DNA of 62,743 nt, counting the filler, from Candidatus Fermentibacterota bacterium (lineage in GTDB: Bacteria > JAFGKV01): assembly GCA_016928395.1 (NCBI GenBank). It is 5 parts of 5 records of this genome, joined end to end, with 100 filler letters (N's around TTAATTAATTAA, not from the genome) between each part and the next. Parts side by side here need not be neighbours in the genome. Positions count along the whole stretch, not along the records: positions 1 to 21,354 come from JAFGKV010000077.1; 4 more parts are not named here. The stretch is one strand, 5' to 3'. The notes beneath the pieces were generated by a model that saw nothing but the letters and a program-made list of their open reading frames with translations, had not been told where the DNA came from and ran no database searches. The position numbers and the translations under genes are program-made. This document shows, piece after piece, positions 1-9,630 of the stretch (the stretch's first letter is position 1; every line of letters begins with the position of its first letter).

Positions 1-230
1 ATGTTGACGCGGATGGCGATGGTGGAGGCAAAGGGGATGAGGGTGAAGATACGGCCGATGAGCACGTAGAGAGGCGTGCCGGGCGGATGGGGAATACCCA
101 GAATGTACGAGGAGGCGATGAACTCCCCCGCATCCCAGAACGCCACGGTGGGAGCGATGGTGTACAGATACACGACAAGCGACGCGGCGACTACCGCCAG
201 AAATCCGATCTGCTCACCTCGTCCCTTCAC
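1..230 (-). CDS. DUF2723 / TMEM260-like membrane glycosyltransferase, N-terminal part (runs off window)
   Basis: Not in ORF track; manual translation from GTG at 230 (overlapping cdaA stop, GTGA) gives MKGRGEQIGFLAVVAASLVVYLYTIAPTVAFWDAGEFIASSYILGIPHPPGTPLYVLIGRIF, with the DUF2723 WDxGEF and HPPGxPLY motifs. Confidence 0.85.
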   Translation of the reverse strand, partial: MKGRGEQIGFLAVVAASLVVYLYTIAPTVAFWDAGEFIASSYILGIPHPPGTPLYVLIGRIFTLIPFASTIAIRVN

Positions 231-985
231 TCGTACTGCCTGCTCAACAGCTCCCTGAGTCGCCCTCGGATCCTGGTCTGTTCAAGCCCCCTCTCCAGTC
301 GTCCGTTCACCGCCAATGACATACGACGTGTCTCCTCGCTCACCACGACAGCCACCGCATCCGTCTCCTCCGTGATGCCCACGGACGCCAGATGCCGCAT
401 CCCCATGGCGCGACGGCCGCTCACGGGTGTAGATAGTGGCAGGATGCATGATGCCGCCACCACCTGATTGCCGCGCACGATCACGGCACCATCATGCAGC
501 GGCGAGCCAGGGGTGAAAATGGTCACGATGAGTTCGGCGGTGATCTCGGCGTTAATAGGCTTCCCGGTAGACATGTAGGTCTTCAAGCCCATGTTTCGCT
601 CGATGACGATGAGCCCCCCATACCCCCTTGAAGACAAGAGGGCGGCGGCGTCGGCGATTTCATCGGCTGCCTGGGGGACGCGTACGCGCAACACCCGCCG
701 GACAAGGGGATTCTGACCCAGCTGCGCCAGAGCCCGGCGCAGTTCGGGTTGAAAGATGATGGCCACGGCCACGACCCACGCTACCCTCACGCTGGAGATA
801 ATCAGGCTCACGCCTCGCAGATTGAGTACTTGGGCCAGGAGCGAGCCCACTACCAGGAGCACTAACCCCAAGGCCATGTGAGCCGCGCGGGTGCCTTGGA
901 TCATGAGAAAGAGCCGGTACAGCAACCACGAGACCAGAAGGATATCCAGGATGTCGATGATGCCAGGTTTGAGAAAGGATGGCAT
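227..985 (-). CDS. cdaA: diadenylate cyclase CdaA
   Basis: Three N-terminal TM helices, IIFQPELRRAL, catalytic LHDGA and GMRH motifs. Confidence 0.95.
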   Translation of the reverse strand: MPSFLKPGIIDILDILLVSWLLYRLFLMIQGTRAAHMALGLVLLVVGSLLAQVLNLRGVSLIISSVRVAWVVAVAIIFQPELRRALAQLGQNPLVRRVLRVRVPQAADEIADAAALLSSRGYGGLIVIERNMGLKTYMSTGKPINAEITAELIVTIFTPGSPLHDGAVIVRGNQVVAASCILPLSTPVSGRRAMGMRHLASVGITEETDAVAVVVSEETRRMSLAVNGRLERGLEQTRIRGRLRELLSRQYE

Positions 986-987
986 CG

Positions 988-1983
988 TCAGAGCAGACCC
1001 TCCAGGACCCGCATGGCACGGACTGTCTCGGGCACGTCATGTACGCGAAGCAGTCGGGCACCCCGGAGCACTGCGGCGCATCCGGCGGCCAGCGACCCTT
1101 CCAGACGAAGATCGGCGGGAAGATCGAGGATTTTGCCGATGAACGATTTGCGCGAAACGCCCACGAGCACAGGTCTCCCAAGGCAGAGCAAGCTGCCCAC
1201 CGAGCGCAACAGCTCGACATTGTGCTCCAGAGTCTTGCCGAAGCCTATGCCGGGATCGACAACCGTGCGCTCCGCGTCGACTCCCGCATCGGTCAATCGA
1301 TCCAGCGCCTGACCAAGAAAGCCGGCGACTTCGCCTGTGACCCATGCATACTGAGGATCACGTTGCATTGTGGCCGGCGATCCCCGCATGTGCATGATGA
1401 AGGCCCCGGCAGCGGTTTCCGCCAATGCGTCCACCATCTCAGGGTTGACGAATCCGGCGATATCATTCACGATTCGGGCTCCGGCACGTATGGCCTCACG
1501 GGCCACGGCGGGATGTCGGGTGTCAACGCTCACCAGAATTCCCCGCGCAGTCAGCCTCTCGACTACCGGAAGTACCCGGCGCATCTGTTCCTCCACCGGC
1601 ACCGGCCCGGCACCGGGCCGCGTGGATTCGCCGCCAACATCAATAATGTCTGCGCCCTCATCCGCCATGGCTAGGCCCGCGCTCACGGCATCCTCCGCGC
1701 CGGCATGCAGGCCACCGTCATAGAAGGAGTCCGGCGTGACATTGAGGATGCCAATGACCACTACCCGGGATGTCAGGTCGAAGGCGAACCTATCGAACCG
1801 CCACACGGTACACGTCGACGACGCGTTCACGTAGCGGTCGAAGACGCGCGTGTATACCGCGGGGAGCGGGCGAATAGAGTTCGAACCGATGTGATCATTC
1901 CTGTGCTCGAAGGCCCACGTGCCGTCGGGCCGTTGCGTGACAAGGCAGAGGCGCCCGTGCTGGTCAGGCAGAATTGCTGGCAT
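988..1983 (-). CDS. folP: dihydropteroate synthase (start uncertain, 1983 or ~1830)
   Basis: GILNVTPDSFYDGG, DVGGESTRPG, DPGIGFGK, SRKSF, RVHDV; follows ftsH as usual. Confidence 0.93.
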   Translation of the reverse strand: MPAILPDQHGRLCLVTQRPDGTWAFEHRNDHIGSNSIRPLPAVYTRVFDRYVNASSTCTVWRFDRFAFDLTSRVVVIGILNVTPDSFYDGGLHAGAEDAVSAGLAMADEGADIIDVGGESTRPGAGPVPVEEQMRRVLPVVERLTARGILVSVDTRHPAVAREAIRAGARIVNDIAGFVNPEMVDALAETAAGAFIMHMRGSPATMQRDPQYAWVTGEVAGFLGQALDRLTDAGVDAERTVVDPGIGFGKTLEHNVELLRSVGSLLCLGRPVLVGVSRKSFIGKILDLPADLRLEGSLAAGCAAVLRGARLLRVHDVPETVRAMRVLEGLL

Positions 1984-3895
1984 GCGACCCAGGCGTGAAG
2001 CCGCCATCCCCCGAGGAGGCCGCCGGGTGTTCCTGGAGCACCCGGTCAATCTCGTTGGAGTCGAGGATTTCTCGCTCCAGCAATGCTGCAGCGATGGCGT
2101 CGAGCCGGTCCATATGCTCGGAGAGGATGGTCTTGGCGCGGTTGAAAGCGTCATCGACAATGGTCTTGATTTCCGCATCGATGGCCAGGGCCGTCTCCTG
2201 GCTGTACATCTGATGTGTCACGATGTCGCGCCCAAGAAACACCGGCTCGGCGCGTTCACCGAAGGTGAGGGGTCCAAGCCGATCGCTCATGCCCCATTCA
2301 CACACCATGCGCCGAGCCAACTCGGTGGCCCGCTGAATGTCGTCGCCGGCGCCCGTGGTGGGCTGGCCTTCCACCAGAATATCGGCTGCCCGCCCACCCA
2401 GCATCACCGCCAGTGTGTCGAGGCAGTACCGCCGCGAATAGGTGTGGCGTTCATCGAGAGGGAGGTAGTGGGTCACGCCCAAAGCGCGGCCGCGGGGAAT
2501 GATGGTCACTTTGTGGATGGGGTCGCTGCCCGGAATCATCTTCGCCACGAGCACGTGACCCGCCTCATGGTAGGCGATGGCGCGTTTCTCCTCGTCGGTG
2601 ATTATCATGGAGCGGCGCTCCATGCCCATCATTATCTTGTCTTTGGAATCCTCCAGCTCGGCCATGGAAACCTCATCCTTGCCCCGGCGGGCGGCCAGGA
2701 GAGCCGCCTCGTTCACCAGGTTCGCCAGATCCGCGCCGGCCATGCCTGGTGTTCCCCGGGCGATGGTCGCCAAGTCGACACCCAGGCCCAGGGGCACTTC
2801 CTTGACGTGCACCTCCAGAATCAACCGGCGCTCTTCCACATCGGGGCGGTCAACCACGATTTGACGGTCAAATCGACCGGGTCTCAGCAAGGCAGGGTCG
2901 AGCACATCAGGCCGGTTTGTCGCGGCAAGCAGGATCACGCCGTCATTGGATTCGAAGCCGTCCATCTCAACCAGAAGCTGGTTCAACGTCTGCTCCCGCT
3001 CGTCGTGGCCGCCGCCCAGCCCAGCTCCGCGATGACGGCCGACGGCATCGATCTCATCGATGAAAATGATGCACGGCGCATGGCGTTTCCCCTGATCGAA
3101 CAGATCGCGAACCCTGCTGGCGCCAACACCGACAAACATCTCGACAAAGTCGGAGCCGCTCATGCTGAAAAAGGACACACCGGCCTCACCCGCCACCGCC
3201 CGGGCGAGCAGGGTCTTGCCGGTCCCGGGTGGGCCCAAAAGCAGCGCCCCCTTGGGAATGCGACCTCCAAGGCGCCGGAAGCGCTGGGGATCCTTGAGGA
3301 AATCCACTATCTCCTGCAGCTCCTGCTTGGCCTCGTAGGCACCCGCCACATCGGCAAAGGTAATGGCGGGCTTGTCGCCGGAGACAAGACGCGCCCGGGA
3401 CTTCCCGAAGCTGAACGCCTTGGATGTACCGCCCTGCATCTGACGCATGAGAAACAGGAATGCGGCCGCCAACAGGACAAAGGGAAGATTGGCCAGGATG
3501 AGTTGGGCCAGCCCCATGGATGGCTGTTTGGCGCGAATGGCAACATCCCGGCTCTCCAGCTCGGCCACCAGAGTCGGATCCTCGAAGGGAACGGTGCAGA
3601 CGATGCGGTCTGCCTCCACCGACTTTCCCTCAACAACGAAGGTGGTTCGCTGGCGAAGCTGGGCGATTAGGTCGGTTCCTTCGAAGGTGACACGGGTCAC
3701 GTTGTCGCGCCGCAGCTCTCCCTTGAACTGGCTGTAGTCAACCTGTGGGGCAGTAGGGCGCCCCACACCCAGCACGTTCAGCGTTATCAACATCACCAAG
3801 AAGAGCAGCAGCCAAAACACCATGGCCCGGCCGGGCCGGACCGAACGAGACGGATTAGGGCCGTCGCCACGGGAGTGTTTGCCCTCAGGCACCAC
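1964..3895 (-). CDS. ftsH: ATP-dependent zinc metalloprotease FtsH
   Basis: Two TM segments, [28 protein letters not shown]. Confidence 0.98.
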   Translation of the reverse strand: MVPEGKHSRGDGPNPSRSVRPGRAMVFWLLLFLVMLITLNVLGVGRPTAPQVDYSQFKGELRRDNVTRVTFEGTDLIAQLRQRTTFVVEGKSVEADRIVCTVPFEDPTLVAELESRDVAIRAKQPSMGLAQLILANLPFVLLAAAFLFLMRQMQGGTSKAFSFGKSRARLVSGDKPAITFADVAGAYEAKQELQEIVDFLKDPQRFRRLGGRIPKGALLLGPPGTGKTLLARAVAGEAGVSFFSMSGSDFVEMFVGVGASRVRDLFDQGKRHAPCIIFIDEIDAVGRHRGAGLGGGHDEREQTLNQLLVEMDGFESNDGVILLAATNRPDVLDPALLRPGRFDRQIVVDRPDVEERRLILEVHVKEVPLGLGVDLATIARGTPGMAGADLANLVNEAALLAARRGKDEVSMAELEDSKDKIMMGMERRSMIITDEEKRAIAYHEAGHVLVAKMIPGSDPIHKVTIIPRGRALGVTHYLPLDERHTYSRRYCLDTLAVMLGGRAADILVEGQPTTGAGDDIQRATELARRMVCEWGMSDRLGPLTFGERAEPVFLGRDIVTHQMYSQETALAIDAEIKTIVDDAFNRAKTILSEHMDRLDAIAAALLEREILDSNEIDRVLQEHPAASSGDGGFTPGSHASNSA

Positions 3896-5315
3896 ATTCC
3901 TCCTCTCGCATCCTTGCCGCCATGCTATGCAGCAGGAGGATGCGTGTAGTCTTCACAATGATGGGCGCATCCTGGCTTCGGACAATCCCAGGTATCCACA
4001 CGATGCGACCGTTCGCGTCGCATACCAGCGGGATACACCAGCGTGACCATAGAGGTACACCGCAATCCCGCAAGTAGCTCTTTAGTCTGACCGTTCCCTC
4101 CATCCCCATGGGAACGATACGGTCTCCCCTCTGCCGGGCTCTGACATGCAGCGGCTCGCATACCGCGTCACGATCCAGCATCGCGACCGAAGGATCTCTG
4201 GGCATCCGGCCTGTCCACCCCTCCCCGGCCCACACGACGGAAGCCGTCAAAACCCAGGCGCCGAACGCGACGCACCCAGGGAGGGGGAGCACGGTTTCGG
4301 TTGCCGCGGGCAGAGACGGAGTCGGGGCGATGCGAAGGAACCCGCAGGAGCGCACCGCAGACACACCGCCGGGAAGCTGCAGGCGGCGGGAGCGAGCCCC
4401 GTCGCAGAGCCTCAGCAGACCTTCAACCGGAGCGCTCAACCGAGCCCCCGAAGGGAGACCGCAGGAGCTGAGAACGCCCCTGAGCATCCTTCGGCGCACA
4501 GCACGAGGATAGCTTTCCAGCAGGGCAAGGTCAAGCAAGGTCTCTTCCCTATCCCTCCGCACACAGAGCCGGGCGGCAGCGACCGCGTGGGCATCTATGG
4601 CTTCAGACCATTCCTCCACCATCTGCGCGCTTCGGGCCAATCCCTCGACGGCGCTGGGCCCAAACCGGCTCGTCACCGCAGGTATCACATGAGCGCGCAG
4701 CCATGCCCGGGGCCGATCTCCCACATTGGTCGGGTCCTCGATCCACCCAACACCGGTCTGGCGCAAGAGATCCCGCAGTGCATCGCGACGTGTTGCCAGC
4801 AATGGTCTGACGACGCCACACCGGGCAGCCCGGGGACCGGCCATGGCAGATCCCGAACCACCACGCACTGCGGTCATCAGGAATGTCTCCGCCACATCAT
4901 CCATGGTGTGCCCGGTGAGGATCAGACCTTCAGGGCCCGCAAGCCTGGACAAGAACGCATACCGGCGATTCCTCCACGTCTCTTCCAGGCCGCGCCCACC
5001 GATATCGCCGAATGAAGCTGCCACGCCTCTGGATTGGCGTGCGCCAATGATCCGAGCGAGATCACAGACGTGTTGCCATTCGGCAGCGTGGCGAGCGCCG
5101 TCATGCTCATGATCGAAGTAGGCAAGGACAATGGAATGGCGAGGCTGGGCACACCACGCTGCAACCAGGAGCGCCAGCGCTGTGGAGTCAGCACCGCCAG
5201 ACACCGCTACGATCACGGGATGCCCGTCGGCAATTCGGGCGGCGCCCATGGCCTCCGCGACGCACGGATAGACAGGGTGGTCACGGACCACGGAGAAGAG
5301 GAGATCGGCTGGCAT
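3885..5315 (-). CDS. tilS: tRNA(Ile)-lysidine synthetase
   Basis: AVSGGADS PP-loop, GHTMDDVAET, RPLL, EDPTN, C-terminal TilS_C region; upstream of ftsH. Confidence 0.93.
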   Translation of the reverse strand: MPADLLFSVVRDHPVYPCVAEAMGAARIADGHPVIVAVSGGADSTALALLVAAWCAQPRHSIVLAYFDHEHDGARHAAEWQHVCDLARIIGARQSRGVAASFGDIGGRGLEETWRNRRYAFLSRLAGPEGLILTGHTMDDVAETFLMTAVRGGSGSAMAGPRAARCGVVRPLLATRRDALRDLLRQTGVGWIEDPTNVGDRPRAWLRAHVIPAVTSRFGPSAVEGLARSAQMVEEWSEAIDAHAVAAARLCVRRDREETLLDLALLESYPRAVRRRMLRGVLSSCGLPSGARLSAPVEGLLRLCDGARSRRLQLPGGVSAVRSCGFLRIAPTPSLPAATETVLPLPGCVAFGAWVLTASVVWAGEGWTGRMPRDPSVAMLDRDAVCEPLHVRARQRGDRIVPMGMEGTVRLKSYLRDCGVPLWSRWCIPLVCDANGRIVWIPGIVRSQDAPIIVKTTRILLLHSMAARMREEECGA

Positions 5316-5326
5316 CAGCGGCCTAG

Positions 5327-7018
5327 TCAGTCGGCTCGGGTCTCACTTGTCTGGCCAGGCCTGACGAGAAACCGGTCGAAGGTGGCGCCGTCAGGAGTAC
5401 GGGCCTCGACTTCCACCCGGTCTCGGCTGGCATGTACTCGCAGCCAGTGATGCGTCTCAACGCGAAGACGGCACCAGGCAGGCTGGTGGGGGCGAGACGT
5501 GTAGAGACGGGCGCCTCCGCCTGCGGCCACCACGTAGACCGTGCCGCCCTCGGCCAGTGCGGAGTCGCGAAGAGGCCAGGTCGCGGAATAGCCATGGTCA
5601 TGCCCTGAGAACACAACGGACACGCCGGCGCTCTCGAAGAGCGGGCACAACTCCCGTCGCACCGCGTAGTCCGAACCATGCATACCGGTGGAGTAGGGCG
5701 GGGCATGAAGGGCCACAAAAATGGGTCCTGGCGCCGGCGCCCACGCGGCCAGCACGGACTCCGCGAAGGCCCGCTGCAAGGTTCCCGGTTCATAGGGCGC
5801 CTCCGAGTCAAGCATGAGGAACCTGGCCGGACCCCAGGCGAAGGCGTAGTAGTACTCGGCGTGGGGGAAATGGAACACCTCACCGAAGATGGGCGAGTTC
5901 TCCTCATGATTGCCAGGTACCACCATGTAAGGCGTCACAGACGCCGCAGGCTGGATGATGGCCATGTTTCTGGTCCAATCCTCTTCATTCCAGCCCGCAT
6001 TCACCAAGTCGCCGGGGTGAACCACGAGCTGTGGGGTCTCGTGCGCCATCATCGCCGGGAGGATCTCCGGGTTACCTTGAATGTCGCCGATCACACAGAA
6101 CATGAGCTCCTCCGAACTCGGCACTCGAAGAAGCCGAGGCTGGCCCCCGGGGTCAAGCGCGTACGAGCGCGTTTCGCCTGGCCGCAGGTTGGACAGCTCG
6201 GCAAACATGCCGCCCGCATCCTTCCGTAGACGATGCGGCGAGAGAGCGCCCGGCGAAGGCCCCACCAGGATTCGCGAGATGCGCTGGTCTCGAAATGCCA
6301 CCGCGAGACAATCACCGGCGGGGCCGCATATCGACACGTGTTCGGCGATGGTGCCCACAGCGCCCGATCGCACGCCGAAATTGTCCACGCGGGCGGAAAT
6401 ACCGGTACTTGCGACAATGGGTTGAGTCAGCTTGATCACCCTACCCGCGGCAGTGCGACCCTTGGTGCCCCATCCGCCCTTTGTGAACTCCACCATGCAC
6501 CCGTCGCCCGGCCCGGCCATGACCACACCGAACCAATGTCCTCCGCCCAGCGGCGTGAGGGCAAAGGCCCGGGGCTGCCAGGTGCCGTCGGGCAGCCGGC
6601 CCAGTGCATGGAGGCTCCCTGCGGCATATATCCGGTGATGAGACGCCAGCCCTGGGGCGACTTCCACCCGGATTCGCAGCGGGAGGTTGCGCACCGAAAG
6701 CGTCCGGCTCAGTCGATGGTGACTCCCGATGGGCGAGGACCAGGAGGCACGCAGCTCTACCTGGTCCGACAATGAATCGCAGGGAAGCCAGAAGGTCGGC
6801 ACAGGCTGATCAGTCACGGCGATGAGGCGGAGATCCCCCGCCATCACCACCGGGTCAAGGATGATCTCGCCGCCTTGGGGCACCAGCCGTGCAACGCACA
6901 ACCCCCCAACAGCCTCATGCTCCGAGACATCCCTTCCGTCGCCGGCGAGCACGCTCAGGGTTGCCGCACGGCACGTCTCCAGGAGGATGACGACAACGAG
7001 AATGAGTCTTCCCAGCAT
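5327..7018 (-). CDS. secreted metallophosphoesterase (purple acid phosphatase-like) with possible CBM20-like N-terminal domain
   Basis: Start reassigned to ATG 7018 (AGAGGA RBS, signal peptide MLGRLILVVVILL); IGDIQ, GDLV, PGNHE, HAPPYS, SGHDHGY motifs. Confidence 0.85.
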   Translation of the reverse strand: MLGRLILVVVILLETCRAATLSVLAGDGRDVSEHEAVGGLCVARLVPQGGEIILDPVVMAGDLRLIAVTDQPVPTFWLPCDSLSDQVELRASWSSPIGSHHRLSRTLSVRNLPLRIRVEVAPGLASHHRIYAAGSLHALGRLPDGTWQPRAFALTPLGGGHWFGVVMAGPGDGCMVEFTKGGWGTKGRTAAGRVIKLTQPIVASTGISARVDNFGVRSGAVGTIAEHVSICGPAGDCLAVAFRDQRISRILVGPSPGALSPHRLRKDAGGMFAELSNLRPGETRSYALDPGGQPRLLRVPSSEELMFCVIGDIQGNPEILPAMMAHETPQLVVHPGDLVNAGWNEEDWTRNMAIIQPAASVTPYMVVPGNHEENSPIFGEVFHFPHAEYYYAFAWGPARFLMLDSEAPYEPGTLQRAFAESVLAAWAPAPGPIFVALHAPPYSTGMHGSDYAVRRELCPLFESAGVSVVFSGHDHGYSATWPLRDSALAEGGTVYVVAAGGGARLYTSRPHQPAWCRLRVETHHWLRVHASRDRVEVEARTPDGATFDRFLVRPGQTSETRAD

Positions 7019-7025
7019 GGTTCCT

Positions 7026-7460
7026 CTATCTTTTGGCCAGCGAGAGCAGGGCCGCAGCATGCGCAGGCTTCGCGCGCAGGAGCTTCCCGCCCTTATCCTG
7101 GAACAGGCGAAGCACCGCAGCCAATACGTCGAGGTACTGCTTCTGGTTTCCCTCGGGCCCCAGGAGCAAGCAGACCATCCGAACGTGTTTGCCCGGGGCG
7201 AACTCCACGCCACTCTCAGCCCGGGCAAGGCTGACATAGAACGCCGCGAGCCCGGCCAGCCTGGCGTGGGGCACCGCAAGATCCTGGCTTACCACGGTCG
7301 GACATTGGCGCTCGCGTTGGAGGATGGCCTGCAACACCTTGCCAGGAGCCACCGAGCCAAGGCGCGGCGCCATGGTCAGTACGAGCTTCTCAAGGATGGC
7401 GTCCCTCGTGGTTGAGGACGCGTCGATGACCCAGCCGGGCTCGGTGAGTATGTCGAGCAT
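7026..7460 (-). CDS. PTS EIIA (PtsN/fructose-type) domain protein
   Basis: ILQRERQCPT..LAVPHARL phospho-His motif, YLDVLAAV. Confidence 0.8.
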   Translation of the reverse strand: MLDILTEPGWVIDASSTTRDAILEKLVLTMAPRLGSVAPGKVLQAILQRERQCPTVVSQDLAVPHARLAGLAAFYVSLARAESGVEFAPGKHVRMVCLLLGPEGNQKQYLDVLAAVLRLFQDKGGKLLRAKPAHAAALLSLAKR

Positions 7461-7554
7461 GATGCACTCCTCGGATGCAGAGCCCCTCCCTACCGGTCGC
7501 GCAGAGGGCGCCAGGCAGAGTCGGGGCCATTGTCACGTATGGCGCCCTGCGTAT

Positions 7555-7655
7555 TCCCACAGGAATCCCACAATTTCCCTATAATACTCTTGACAAGAGC
7601 ACAAACCAGTGCTATTGTGGCGCTCAAGTGGTGTGAGTTCCCATTCACAGCCCAC
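7555..7655. promoter_or_regulatory. putative MraZ operator boxes
   Basis: TCCCAC 7555, TCCCAC 7566, TCCCT 7576, GTGG 7617 and 7628, TCCCAT 7639, GCCCAC 7650; 10-11 bp periodicity around the mraZ promoter, matching known TGGG/GTGG MraZ repeats. Confidence 0.6.
7590..7618 (+). promoter_or_regulatory. sigma70-type promoter of the dcw cluster
   Basis: TTGACA (7590-7595), 17-nt spacer ending TGC, TATTGT (7613-7618). Confidence 0.75.
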
Positions 7656-7670
7656 ATGAGGAGGTCATCC

Positions 7671-8168
7671 GTGGACACAACCCCCGTCATCTTCTCGGGC
7701 ACCCACGCCTGTCTCGTTGACGACAAGGGGAGGCTCACGGTTCCCAAGAGCATGCGCGAACAGGTACCCTCAAGTCAAGAGAAGTACTGGGTCACCCTCA
7801 TGTTCCCCGAACGATGCGTGGCAGTGTACCCCGAGGCCCAGTGGCATCCAATCTACGCAAAGCGCGTCGATGAACTAGCGCAATCAGACACGCCGGAGAA
7901 TCGCGAGCGCTACCGGGCCGTGCTGGAGAAGACCTACACGGTCAGACCAGATACCCAGGGACGGTTCAAGGTACATCCTGCCCTCGCCAGGGCCGCAGGG
8001 CTGGAGGGGCAGATCCTGGCCATTGGATTCGGAGATCACGTCGAGTACTGGTCGCTCTCCCGGAGAGAGCAGTATGTGCGTTCCATGGGAGCTTCCGATG
8101 ACGACTCCTGTTTCCACTACGCCGATACCATTCGCGAAGACGGGGGCGGTGATGGGGTTGATCGGTGA
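7671..8168 (+). CDS. mraZ: division/cell wall cluster repressor MraZ
   Basis: GTG start after GAGGAGG; FSGTH..VDDKGRLTVP and DTQGRF repeats, GFGDHVEYW. Confidence 0.9.
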   Translation: MDTTPVIFSGTHACLVDDKGRLTVPKSMREQVPSSQEKYWVTLMFPERCVAVYPEAQWHPIYAKRVDELAQSDTPENRERYRAVLEKTYTVRPDTQGRFKVHPALARAAGLEGQILAIGFGDHVEYWSLSRREQYVRSMGASDDDSCFHYADTIREDGGGDGVDR

Positions 8169-8288
8169 GTACTGCCACCCGCGCCCTCGATCCCCTTGTG
8201 CCGGTGACGTCGCCAGGGCCATGCCCAGAACCTTGGGCGCGGCGGTGCGGCGACACCCCAGCATTCTAACCTCTCCTTCCTTTCGGCA

Positions 8289-9206
8289 ATGAATGGGCGG
8301 CTTCCATGGCATGTATCGGTGATGGTTGCCGAGGTAATGGATGCGCTGAAGCCGGGCCCAGGAAGGGTTCTGGTGGATGCGACGGTCGGCGATGGGGGGC
8401 ATGCCATGGCCTGGCTTGAAGCCGGCGGCACTGTGGTGGGTATCGACCGGGATGGCGCCGCGATCCATCGTACCTCCCGGCGTCTGTCATCGTGGCACGA
8501 CAGAGTCCGCTTGGTGCATGGTTGTCTCTCGACTCTGTGTGACCTTGCACCAGGGGATCCTGCGCCCGATGGGGTGCTCATGGACTTAGGCACCTCGCGA
8601 ACTCAGATCGAAGACCCCGAGCGGGGATTCTCATACCAGTCAGACGGACCCCTGGATATGCGCATGGACCGATCAGCAGGTGTTGCGGTAGCCGCGCTGC
8701 TGCGAGGCGTCTCGGTAGCCACCCTGTCCGGATGGCTTGAGACATTGGGCGATGTACCCCATGCCCGGAGGGTCGCCCGCTCTATTCTGCACTGCGGCCC
8801 CCCTGAGACCTCCGCTGAGCTGATCGCCGCGGTGGAACACGTGGCGCCTCCACGGCTTCGGATCAAGTACCTCTCCTGTGTGTTCCAGGCGCTTCGGATA
8901 GTTGCCAATGACGAACTGAACGAACTCCGCCAAGGGCTTCTGGCATCAATCGATCTGCTGCGGCCCGGGGGTCGCATCGCGGTGCTCACATATCACTCCG
9001 GTGAGGAGCGAGCAGTACGGGCCATCTTCCGCCGGGAACAAGGCCAGTGCGTATGCCCGCCGGGGCTTCCCGTGTGCTCGTGCACACCACGCACACGGAT
9101 TCGTGCCATAGAGAAGGGACGACGACCCGCTACGGCGGAGGTCGCCGCGAATCCACGAGCTCGCAGCGCCCGGTTGTGGGTATCGGAGCGCACAGATGTT
9201 CAGTGA
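8289..9206 (+). CDS. rsmH: 16S rRNA m4C1402 methyltransferase
   Basis: HVSVM, DATVGDGGHA, DLGTS, RGFSY, PLDMRMD, FQALRI, NPRARSARL. Confidence 0.96.
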   Translation: MNGRLPWHVSVMVAEVMDALKPGPGRVLVDATVGDGGHAMAWLEAGGTVVGIDRDGAAIHRTSRRLSSWHDRVRLVHGCLSTLCDLAPGDPAPDGVLMDLGTSRTQIEDPERGFSYQSDGPLDMRMDRSAGVAVAALLRGVSVATLSGWLETLGDVPHARRVARSILHCGPPETSAELIAAVEHVAPPRLRIKYLSCVFQALRIVANDELNELRQGLLASIDLLRPGGRIAVLTYHSGEERAVRAIFRREQGQCVCPPGLPVCSCTPRTRIRAIEKGRRPATAEVAANPRARSARLWVSERTDVQ

Positions 9207-9630
9207 TGTCAGGGTTCAGGGAATCGCAGTTGCGATACTGGCGGTGATCTCGGCCGCTTTGCTGCTCGCGGTGGTCCAGCGGGCCACGATGATGCGGAAG
9301 CTTGAGGTGGACGTGCAGGCCACACGTGCCACGCGGGACAGCCTGGACGCCGCCGCGTCCTCGGCGCGGATCGACCTGGTTCGTCTGAGTAGAGCCGATA
9401 AGGTGTTCTGCGCCTTGCGTGACTCGGGTTTCGTCGTGGCCGATGCAGCCAGGGCCAGGTTCCTGCTCTACCCCGGGAAGGTTCCGGCGGGCGATGGTGT
9501 GCTCACCGGGCATTTGGCGGCGCAACTGAGAGAGGATCATCATACCGTACGTGGGAATGAGGCCTGGTTGTGGGGATGGGTGCGTCGTGTGCCGAGCGTG
9601 CATGCGACCGGGGGAGTCGTGGATGAATAG
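9196..9630 (+). CDS. FtsL-like cell division protein
   Basis: Single N-terminal TM helix plus coiled-coil-like segment, positioned between rsmH and ftsI with overlaps; sequence itself not diagnostic. Confidence 0.55.
   Translation: MFSDVRVQGIAVAILAVISAALLLAVVQRATMMRKLEVDVQATRATRDSLDAAASSARIDLVRLSRADKVFCALRDSGFVVADAARARFLLYPGKVPAGDGVLTGHLAAQLREDHHTVRGNEAWLWGWVRRVPSVHATGGVVDE

Noticed and set aside
1830-2178. Novel N-terminal domain on FolP
   Set aside because: Mostly overlap with ftsH caused by longest-ORF calling; true start is uncertain.
3885-3895. Missing hpt between tilS and ftsH
   Set aside because: Common gene-order variant.
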